Assembly (NCBI RefSeq): GCF_006345805.1
Contig: NC_043005.1
Location: 23,622,001 to 23,686,000, forward strand
Reading direction: 5' to 3'
Source: Octopus sinensis
Lineage: Eukaryota
DNA: 64,000 nt
Part shown: positions 52,276 through 64,000 of the stretch, in pieces
Position numbering within the stretch: position 1 is the stretch's first letter
Layout of the letters: the number at the start of each line of letters is the position of its first letter
The notes under the pieces: model-generated
Database searches by the model: none
Seen by the model: only the letters and a program-made list of their open reading frames with translations
Told to the model about the DNA's origin: nothing
Translations under genes and position numbers: made by a program

Positions 52276-52711
52276 GTATATATGTATGTATATATGCATC
52301 TTTCTATCTATATACACACATACAAAAATATATACATGCATGAATGCATAAATACACACACACATATACATATGTATGTATATATGTATATATGTAGATT
52401 CGAGTTAATAATTCTGTTAGAGAGGCGGAGAGAATAGCTTGCTATATCGCGCCTCTCTTTCTCTTTCTCTCTCTGGAAGAAGTCTGTTATGTTCGAACCC
52501 GGAGAGAGATGTGCTCAGCTAGGTTTAGAAAGGCACGCGGCACGCCACATATTAAGACGGCACCTGCTCTAATTTTCCTGGACACCAAGACACTTGAAAG
52601 GTAAGGAATGCATATATATGAGTATATGTACATATATAAATATACACATATATACATGCTTTTTACATACAGCAGATCCTTCCCGAGACACACACACACA
52701 CACACATATAT

Positions 52712-52860
52712 GGGCGCAGGAGTGGCTGTGTGTTAAGTAGTTCAAGGTTCAGTCCCACTGCGTGTCATCTTGGGCAAGTGTCTTCTGCCATAGCCTCAGG
52801 CCGACCAAAGCCTTGTGAGTGGATTTGGTAGACGGAAACTGAAAGAAGCCTGTCGTATAC

Positions 52861-52932
<72 letters not shown>

Positions 52933-53150
52933 GTGTGTGTGTGCGTGTATATGCTTGTGTATGTGTGTTTTTCCTCCCCCCCAACATCGCTTGACAACCG
53001 ATGCTGGTGTGTTACGTCCTCGTAACTTAGCGGTTCGGCAAAAGAAGCCGATATAATAACTACCAGAATGAGTTGTGGGGTCAATTTGTTCGACTAAAAG
53101 CGGTGGTCTAGCACGGCTGCAATCAAATGACTAAAACAAGTAAAAGAATA
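52712..53150 (+). mobile_element. tRNA-derived SINE family A
   Basis: ggcgcaggagtggctgtgtg..ggttcagtcccactgcgtg..cttgggcaagtgtcttct head, internal (TA)/(GT) microsatellite, 3' gcagtcaaatgactgaaacaagtaaaaga-type end. Confidence 0.85.
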
Positions 53151-53262
<112 letters not shown>

Positions 53263-53900
53263 TAGAGCTGTGCGTAAGTCCGTTAACAATTTCGTTAATG
53301 ATTTGATTTTTTAAAGTTAACTTTGAAAATCATTATCGGACATCCGTTACATTTAGCTTCTTTAACTCAAGTCCGTTAACCCCCAAAATTCATAAAAATC
53401 GGCAAACACTTAAAAGTTTATATTGTTTTCAGATTGTCTTAGCATATTTAATATTGTACGCGCCACTCTTTCAACCCCAATATAACGCCTCCTATTTTTA
53501 TAAATAACTTGTAGGACTTCGTTTGGCCCTACCTGGATTTGAAACCAAATCCACGCGCTTGTTGTTTGCAAAGACAGCGGGAAATTTCTTTGCCCTGTCA
53601 AAAAGGGAATAGTGATTGATCCATGACCTCGCTGGGTCACAGAAAGTTCAAATGGACAGCAAGTGACCTACATTAGTATAAGCTATGCTTATAATGGTAT
53701 ATCCATCTTTCTAGCTGGAATGTAATTATTGCAAATGCCAGCTTTCCGTTTGCGAGAAATCAGAGAGAATCTTCACCGCCACAGTGTGAATAAATCTTGA
53801 CCGCGGCAACGAGGTCGACAACCATAGCAGCCAGAACTGACTTTTCTTCCAGAAAGTCCAGAACTGGGAGAAATGCAAAATTAACAGAAGTGGATGCCTA
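53263..53900 (+). mobile_element. Possible hAT transposon remnant
   Basis: Starts tagagctgtgc; broken frames at 53710-53860 give LLQMPA / SERIFT..LFF resembling the hAT dimerisation motif. Confidence 0.4.
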
Positions 53901-56474
53901 CATAAAATGGAAAAGGTAAATGGAAGGAAAAATGTTGGTAAATATTTCGATGTGAACGCAAATAGCTGTTACATGGTAGCATGGTATACTAGAAATAGCA
54001 GCCAAATCTTTCCTTTTCTGGAAAAAGGAGCCATTTATGCGTGATTTCAAAGTCATATTCGTTGAAAGGATGCAAAATAACCTGGAAAAGAAAAAAAGAT
54101 GCGCGAAATAAAACTCCTTTGGTGGGAAACTTCGAGGTCCCCACCACCCCTCCCACCTTTCTTTTCTGGAAAAAGTGGCTTGTGGCGGCTTTGGAGGTCA
54201 GATACGTTGAATGCATCCGAAAACAACTGTGGAAGAAAATTATTCCACACCGAAATATTTACAGAAAGAATAAAATCTTGCACCGATCATACCTGTATTT
54301 TAATTAATTCAAACTAATCTAGCTTATCTTGAAAAGTGGCAATATTTTTGTCGGTTGCCATCTGGGATAATTTTAGTTACAAATCAAACAGGTAAGATAC
54401 ATTAAGAATTTCAATTTTAATGTTTATCCATAATGTCATTGCTTTTACACCTGTTAATTAAATTTACATACCAATAAAAGTCAAATTTACTCAGCAAGAT
54501 CAGCTAAAATTACATAACTATAAACCAGTGGTATATAAAGCACCTACTGACAAAATTTCAAATCTGTATGTAAAAAATGTACAAAGTTACAAGCAAATAT
54601 TGTGGACTCCCTCTTGAACCTGAATAATTCAAAATAACATGAACAAATATACATTGCATTTGACAGATTAATATGAACACTAATGATGTTTTAGGTGAAT
54701 TTTTTTCTTTTACACACACACACATAACACGGCTTTGCTCCGTTGGGACTACATGTGTGTTACTTTAACATCATCATTCCATAAAATTTGTTTATCGGGA
54801 GAAAAATATTGAAAAATATCAATAGATGTGTGAGTGAAAAAGAAAAGAGGAGGGAGGTTTTGGGATGTGCTATAAACAACAGTCAGATCTCCTTTAAATC
54901 CCACATTTTCCTCTGAAATTATTAACAATTTCTTTTTAAACCGAAAATGTTTCACCCAAGGGTTTTAAGTGCATAGTGAAAAAAAGAGGCCAAAATCGCT
55001 TCGGATTGGGGTGGCGGGAGTGACAAAACATTTTTCAAAATTTTTTCTTTTTTCTCGTGAAAAGATGTCTCCCATCATTCTGAAGACTTTAGTGAAAGAC
55101 ATTGGAAAAATGGCCAGGACAACAACTTACATAAACAACTTTACATAATTACCCCTGAGATGTATCGGTGGTCGTGGTGAAGCTGTCATACAGGAAACTG
55201 AAATTTTGAAAATTCAAACAATATATTTCTGTCTTTTTAACACTATAAGTCTATAACAAATACTTTCTTGAGAAGAATACCGTAGATTAGAAGGCTTTCA
55301 ATTGTATATATGATTTAAGCATGATATGCAGATTGCTAATTTTAACTAATACTGCTTCCGTTGCAGATAACGAGTTTTTATTTAGCCTGACGGTTAAATG
55401 CTGCATCGGTGGCCTTTAAATCACTGTTTAACTAATCAGCTTACTGCCGATTTTCGCTTAGCTTGCGGCGTCACGAGATACTTGATGATGAAATACAAAA
55501 AGCTGAAATCCAGATTTAAGCAATGCCACTGCCACTGCTGTAGGATTTTTGTATGCTCGACGTATTTCTGAGTTTTTTAACACTATACATCTATAAGTAA
55601 TGCTTCTAGAGACGAATATGGTAATTCAGAAGACTTTTAACGGTATATATGCTTTCATTATGATATACAGCTTGCTAATTTGAACTAATAATGCTTCTGT
55701 TGCTAATAACGAGTTCAAATTGTGAATTTGTTGGTTGCAGAAGTATTCTGGAAATGGAACAACTGTTTCCAGTAAATTTTGCTAAGATTTATGATACCCA
55801 AGACGTACCACATTTTGGAAGGAAACTTTTGTGCTATATCAAAATTTCGGAGAATTTAGGCTATAGTTTCGTATTATATATGTACTGTATATAGTGGTCA
55901 TGGGTGTGGAGCCACCTCTTAGCCACCATTGTTGCCTGGTTTACTATGATTCAGAGAAGCAGCACCTGTTAGGGTTCCAGTGATGGGTTAGCTAGCATGT
56001 GAACCACTGGAGCAAAACATCTTTAGTTCTCGTTAGAACTTTCTTGGAGAAAGTAATCTCGTATAAAAAAAATCGAAAGTGCAGTTGGCTTCTGATCGTC
56101 GCAATCTCTGTCGTGCCACTGGCTTTAGAGCTGATTAAGCTGTTATAGTACTGGAACATAGAAATTTCAAACTGTCCGGTACGCAGACGACCACTAGCAG
56201 TGATGGAACTCGTAATCGCTGTTATAAAAAGTCAGTCTTACAGTATTAACATTAATGACAGAAATAGATGGCTTTGGCTTGTCTATGGGCACCATGGCTT
56301 TGATAACGACAGTCGTTGGAGTGTTGTGTAAGCTGTTCTCTAATTAAATTCCGCACGAGTGTTACCGACAGTGTATCTTCTATCAGTTGCTTCTTGGTAA
56401 CTGGCATATCATCGCTCAACGAATAGACAGCGACAGAAGCACGTATGCACACACACACACACACACATTCTTTT

Positions 56475-56855
56475 ACTCGTTTCAGTCATTTGACTGCGGC
56501 CATTCTGGAGCACCGCTTTTAATCGAACAAATCAACCCATTTTTTATAAGCCAAGTACTTATTCTATCGGTTTCTTTTGCCAAACCACTAAGTTATGGGC
56601 ACGTAAACACACCAACATCGGTTGTCAAGCGATGGTGGTGGAACAAACACAGACACACACGTGCGCGCGCGCGCACACACACACACACACACATATACGA
56701 CAGACTTCTTTCAGTTTCCGTCTACTAAATCCACTCACAGGACTTTGGTCAATCCGAGGTTATAGTAGAAGACACTTGCCCAAGAATCCTCGCAGTGGGA
56801 CTGAACCAAGAACCATGTGGTTGGGAAGCAAGCTATTTACCACACAGCCACTCTA
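56475..56855 (-). mobile_element. SINE family A
   Basis: Full layout with internal (CA)n. Confidence 0.8.
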
Positions 56856-57064
56856 AGTACAAAGCCTGAAATTTTGGAGTGGGCGGACGGGTCTAATAGA
56901 TTACATCGACCTTAGTGCGCAGCCGGTACTTATTTCATCAATAAAAAGCAAAGTTAACTCAGACGGAATTTGATCTCACAACGTATAGACACGTGAAATA
57001 CTACTAAGCGTTTTGTGCGGCGTGCCACATATAAATATTATATACATATATTTATACATACACA

Positions 57065-57300
57065 CGTGGAGGCACATGGCCTAGTGGTTAGAGTCTCAGA
57101 CCGGGCGATGTGTGTGTTTATGAGCGAAACACCTAAGCTCCACGCGGCTCCGGCAGAAGGTAATGGCGAACTTCTGTTGACTCTTTCGCCACAACCTTTC
57201 TCTCACTCATTCCTCCTGCATCTAGTAGCGTCCCGTCCAGGTGGGGAACCTATACGCCAAGGAAACCGGCCCTTATGAGCCAGACGTGGCTCGAGAAGGA
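57065..57300 (+). mobile_element. tRNA-headed SINE (family C-related)
   Basis: ggcacatggcctagtggttagag head, ctttcgccacaacctttctctcactc body, gcgtcccgtccagg motif. Confidence 0.6.
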
Positions 57301-57315
57301 ACAAACACACACACG

Positions 57316-57365
<50 letters not shown>

Positions 57366-57833
57366 TAGTGTTATGACGTCTGGTGTAAGACCGTATTACA
57401 CAAATAAATAGTTGGTTGTGGTTACCTAAAAATAACGAATCGCAGAAACATATGTTAACACAGAACGCACTCCGTACTACTCGAACGCAGGTACGACACT
57501 TAGTATTCACTGTTCAACTACCGACTGTTAAACCGACACACGCCGAACTAAGACTGCTAACCAACACAGTTCTACCTGACAGTTCACTCAATTCTTATTT
57601 ATTGTAATCACTTAGTTCACCTTCAATCAAGTGTGTGTGTGTGTGTGTGGTGGTGGTGATCAGGATTCTCATATAATATATAGACATACACACACACACA
57701 CACACACACATGTATATATGTAATAACATAAATAATATATAAACATATGCATAATACATATATATGCATATGTTTATGTATTATTTATGTATTATATGAT
57801 CGAACGCCAGCATCCATTTCCAAGTAAGTTTTA

Positions 57834-57865
<32 letters not shown>

Positions 57866-57920
57866 CTATATATATTATATATATATATATATATATGTCA
57901 GTTATGTGTGTGCACATTAT

Positions 57921-58039
<119 letters not shown>

Positions 58040-58109
58040 CGTTATACTAATACATCTGTTTGTTTTGTACACCACCTGTCTTCGTCTTTTGTTTTTTTTT
58101 CGTAACTCT

Positions 58110-58155
<46 letters not shown>

Positions 58156-58219
58156 ATGTATGTGCGTGCGTGTGTAAGTATATATATGTATATTTATATA
58201 TACATATACATAAACATAT

Positions 58220-58254
<35 letters not shown>

Positions 58255-58342
58255 ATAATATATATAATAATAACACACACATAAATATATACACACCTAT
58301 CTATCTATCCATCATCAATATCTATCTACTATCTATTATCTC

Positions 58343-58387
<45 letters not shown>

Positions 58388-58413
58388 TTATATATCTATA
58401 GATATAGTGCGTA

Positions 58414-58462
<49 letters not shown>

Positions 58463-59237
58463 GCACATATATATGCATACGTATGCATGTTCAAGTGGGT
58501 GTTTACGTGCACGCACATGCATGCGTGTGTGCGTATGTCTGTCTGTGTGTGCGTGCGTGTGCGTGTGCGTGTGTGTGCGTGTGAGTGTGTGTGTAAGGAT
58601 CATAAAAGAAGCGAAAAACAAAAGCTATCAGAGAAAAAGTAGCTCCAATAAGCGCACTAAAGTCGAACAAATAGGCAATATGTTTAATAGAAATATTGTA
58701 TTTGAACATGAATGGCGAGGTGTTGACGGCTACAGAGATGGATTTATGGTTTGAAATGAATGAAATGAACGAAAACTATTCAAGGCTTCGAAATTACATG
58801 ATTGATTTTTCCTTTCGTAAATTATATAGTTCGATAATGAATGATAAAGTATTATAGTCCTGAATAGTATGGATGTCTGTATGTGTGTATCAATGCATGT
58901 ATAAATACAAGAATGTATACATGTATATCTATATGTATGTATGCACGGACGTTTGAATGGGTGCATGCATGTAAGCATGGATGGACAAATTGATGGACGG
59001 ACGAATGCATATATGCTCGCATAAATTGACAAATGTATAGATGTATCCATATATGGGCGTTTGTATATGTGTGTATGTGAGTGAACATTTGTATATATTC
59101 ATGAATTCATAAACACAAACATACATCCATACATAAACGCATATCTATATGTATATTATATTTTCATATGTAAATGCATGTACACCCACCCACATATAAC
59201 GCTTAATATTACATGTATGTAAGGATATATGTATACA

Positions 59238-59326
<89 letters not shown>

Positions 59327-59360
59327 ATCTATCTATCTATCTATCTATCTATCCTGTCTG

Positions 59361-59403
<43 letters not shown>

Positions 59404-59404
59404 G

Positions 59405-59491
<87 letters not shown>

Positions 59492-59519
59492 GTGTATATA
59501 ACTACTCATTTACATATAG

Positions 59520-59698
59520 TGACATTGCTGTATATGAGTGCCCAACCTGGCGGGTTCTTTTATAGAACCTAGAAAACCGAAGGACAGTTGCAATAAGTGT
59601 GTGAATCTGAGAGGGAAATATGTTGAATAAAATCATAATTAACTGATCCTCCTGTATTTTCTTTTACCCAAATCCAGGAACTTTTCAGTATACCCTCG
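59520..59698 (+). mobile_element. mariner 3'-end fragment
   Basis: aagtgtgtgaatctgagagggaaatatgttgaataa = KCVNLRGKYVE*, then terminal sequence ending ccctcg. Confidence 0.65.
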
Positions 59699-60293
59699 CG
59701 GATTCGTTGAATGATTCTATTGAATTTGTGCGTGTGTGTGTGTGCGCGCGTTGGCTGTATTGCAGGCGTGCGTCAGTGTGTGTGTGTGTGTGTGTGTGCC
59801 TGTGGATTCACATACACCCACACCAAAATTTTTTTTCCATCAATCTTTCAATTATAAAGTGTGTGCTTGCATACATATATATAAACACATATAAACATAT
59901 AAACACACATATAAACCCCTAAATTTGTACACACACGCACATATATACATACATTCACTCCCACGCACGTACACACACACGCACACACACACATTTACAT
60001 ATATATACTATACACACACACACATACACACGTACAAACACAGACAAATTCACATACACACCGACACATATACATACACACAATATATACCTACACGCGC
60101 ACGCACACATACACATACGTACACACATATAAGCACAGACACACACATACATACGCACACAAAAACATGCGCACACATACGCACGCACACGCGCGAAAAA
60201 CTCACAACCCCACGGATACTTGCATATACATCCATATACGCTTACACACACACACATACAAACGCACACATACACGCACACACAACTACATGC

Positions 60294-60324
<31 letters not shown>

Positions 60325-60902
60325 AATGAACCCACACATACATCCCATACACATGGCACACAACCATACATACACGCACACACATACCTACACGCACACA
60401 ATTACACATACATATATATACACACACACGCACGTACAAGCACACACGAACACACACACTAAGTTAAGCACAGTTACTCGCCACACACCCAAACTCCACG
60501 CATACACACAAAAACACACACATACACACATATTACAAACAAACACACGCACGATACATATACATACACGCACACACACATAACTCTTTGTTTTTGACCT
60601 GCGATTGGACCCAAAACACCACTCCTTAATTCTTACTACTGGCCTGCTAGCCAGTTGTTTGCCATACACACACACACACACGTGTCATCATTGCATACAT
60701 ACACACACACGCGCACACGCTGACCTCCCCGCACGCACTACATCCACACACATTCCCCCTCTCACTTTCTTTACCATACTGTCTTTGATATAACTCTCCT
60801 GTCTTTAAAAAACATTATTCTTCAACTTTTACTACTTCCGTCTTTCAGTATGTGACCTCGTCTGTACCACTAGCGATTTTTTCCCCTGCCTTCCCTTCTC
60901 CT

Positions 60903-60937
60903 GTTTCTGACGAAGAGCTCCGCTCGAAACGTCAAAT
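60903..60937 (+). ncRNA. Minimal type-I hammerhead ribozyme motif (family H1, best-preserved copy)
   Basis: GUUU CUGACGA A GAGC-UCC-GCUC GAA ACGU C^ AAAU: full catalytic core, stem II GAGC/GCUC, palindromic helix III ACGU, GUC triplet (predicted cut 60933/60934), stem I GUUU/AAAU; one extra A after A9. Confidence 0.7.
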
Positions 60938-61041
60938 TCCCTTCTTTCCCGAGCGTCCAATAATACTTTATTTGTTCCACGTCCTTGCGTTGTTGTGTTT
61001 TTTTGTTTTTGTTTTCTTGTTTGGATTAACTATATATATAT

Positions 61042-61114
<73 letters not shown>

Positions 61115-61374
61115 TATTTGTGGGAGTAACTGCCTTTTCGAAGACTCATATTGTCGTTCAATGCTCGAAATGAGGAGTAGAGAGACAGCCAACAACCGAT
61201 GAACGGTTGTTCTTTATGTTAATTGCCCTACTTTCCATTTCTTTCTCTCGTTGCTTGCGTATTCATATATATATATATATTATATATATATAATTAATAA
61301 TAAAATATTAGGGAATAAATCCAAACTTACAGGGAAAAATCAGATTTAGGATTGAATCCAATTTTATAGTAAAA

Positions 61375-61753
<379 letters not shown>

Positions 61754-62352
61754 ATATATATATATATATATACACCATCTACACCATTGGAAATTGTGCA
61801 TCTATACAAAGGAGTAATTCACCCTCTCTGTAATGCTAATAAGCAGGAATTGATACCCACCTCGTTGTGATTAGCCATGGATAAATTTGTCGTCTGTGAG
61901 TATGTAATCCCTCCTCATATCTCTGGAAATTCATATGTACACTATGGATTAAGTCACCTTCTCTGTGATGCTATTAAAACTTTTTTAAAAATCTGTGATA
62001 AGACTGTACATCATCTTTAAAGAACTTTAATGAACTTTGGAAATCTGTTTATGTTACTTAATTATCTACATTACTTCATGAGTATAGCCTCAACCACTAA
62101 GATGTCTAGAGAACTCACATGTATTTTAGCTGATGAGTACGGGACACGTTTATATGCTGCATTTTTGCAACTTTTAATAAAGCCTGTCTTTGTATGAAAC
62201 GATTGTACTAAAAACTTATCCATTCTTGTTGCTTCTTTCTCGCTTATAATCACCCCACATTACTGTATTGTTAAAACCGTATAGTTTTTGGTGCATCTAA
62301 GTTAGGTACCATATTCAAGTAAATTCATTAAAATTGACTTGAATCTTTATTG

Positions 62353-62433
<81 letters not shown>

Positions 62434-62548
62434 CATATATACATATACATATATATATGTATATATCCATATATATATATCCATATAAATATATATATAT
62501 GTATATATCCATATAAATATTTATATATATATATGTATGTATACATCC

Positions 62549-62579
<31 letters not shown>

Positions 62580-63074
62580 CACACATATACATGCATACAT
62601 ACATACACACACACATATATGTATGCGTGTGTATGTGTGTAACGGGCTTCTTTCAGTTTCCGTCTACCGAATCCACCCACAAGGCTTTGGCCGGCTCGAG
62701 GCTATAGTAGAAGACACTTGCCGAAGGTGCCACGCAATGGGACTAAGCCTGGGATTATGCGATTGGAAAGCAAGCTTTTTATCACGCAGTCACGCTTGCG
62801 CCTATGTATGTTTGAATGTATATATATATAAATATACATCTTTAAAGTGTTTCAGCTTTGAAGCTATGATCAAGCTGGGGCACCACCGTTATGTATATCT
62901 ATATATAATCAATTCAAATAAGAAACAATAAAATTTACAAGAGTAAACACCAAGAGGACGGGCACAAGGAATGTATTAGTTTGACACTCAATAAAAAGAG
63001 AGAGATTTCGTCGAAAAGGAGAAAAGGAAAAGTCTGAAAAAACGACATCGTACGTTGTTACATTATATATATTA

Positions 63075-63261
63075 GGCGCAGGAGTGGCTGAGTGGTAAGT
63101 AGCTTGCTTACCAGCTACATGGTTTCGGGTTCAGTGCCACTGCGTGGCGCCTTGGGCAAGTGTCTTCTACTATAGCTCCGGGCCGACCAAAGCCTTGTGA
63201 GTGGATTTGGTAGACGGAAAGTGAAAGTATCCCTCGTATATATATGTGTGTATTATATAGT

Positions 63262-63313
<52 letters not shown>

Positions 63314-63331
63314 CTATATATATATATATAT

Positions 63332-63376
<45 letters not shown>

Positions 63377-63550
63377 ATATATCTATATACATACATATAT
63401 ATATGTATGTGTGCGTGTTTGTGTGTTTCTGTTTATCCCCCACCATCGCTTGACGATCGGCTTACAAAGACTAAGTCCTGGGGTCGATTTGTTCGACTAA
63501 AGGCAGTACTCCAGCATAGCTGCAGTCAAATGACTGAAACAAATAAAAGA
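63075..63550 (+). mobile_element. SINE family A
   Basis: Same head and tail as 52712-53150 with an expanded internal (TA)n. Confidence 0.8.
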
Positions 63551-63598
63551 TTAAATGCATATATATATTGTCACTCTGTCAGTTTATCTGTCTACTTG

Positions 63599-63644
<46 letters not shown>

Positions 63645-63646
63645 CA

Positions 63647-63755
<109 letters not shown>

Positions 63756-64000
63756 ATAGGCATTACCCATTGGTGGAGAATATGCAGTTTCTTGTGGAGA
63801 CTGAGTTGGCAGCTGCGTGCACCGGGGGAATAAGGAGGGTCCTTGTCAATGATAAAACAAAGAGAAAAGAAAGCATAAAGAAGAGTGCTTTCTTTTCTCT
63901 ATCACTTCATTTCCTCTCTTTCTTTGAACGGGCCTCCAGGAGTTCACCACACACATGCATGACCGCACATTCTCACATAGATGTACGCACGCAGAGAGAC

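Noticed and set aside
61800-62330. Minus-strand ORF 62071..62253 as a host exon
   Set aside because: Surrounded by in-frame stops and weakly resembles a decayed LINE 3' region; too degenerate to classify.

Overview
AT-rich eukaryotic DNA packed with microsatellites and repeats. The SINE families and (TA)n/(CA)n/(CTAT)n density fit an octopus (coleoid cephalopod) genome; this is inferred, not searched. Most short ORFs in the track are microsatellite artefacts. One complete host gene can be built by hand on the + strand: six coding exons (8347-8431, 16190-16331, 18769-18941, 20306-20356, 26664-26805, 33744-34053; 903 nt, 300 aa, all GT-AG, phases compatible). It encodes signal peptide + two group-A (6-Cys) SRCR domains + a GPI-signal-like hydrophobic C-terminus. 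A second signal-peptide exon of identical size and phase (51391-51475) probably starts a neighbouring gene. The rest is decayed Tc1, mariner, Helitron, CR1/L2, RTE and L1/Tx1 fragments, a MITE pair and several tRNA-derived SINE families. The most interesting unannotated signal is a set of at least four sequence families of minimal type-I hammerhead-ribozyme-like motifs. Each intact-looking copy has a palindromic helix III (ACGU, AAUAUU, ACAUAUGU), the Penelope-type dimeric architecture. One family is fused downstream of a tRNA-like Pol III head plus an (AAT)n spacer, i.e. a candidate ribozyme-tailed SINE. Several motifs sit in long fold-back (inverted repeat) structures. Repeat boundaries are approximate unless TIR/TSD or splice sites are quoted.
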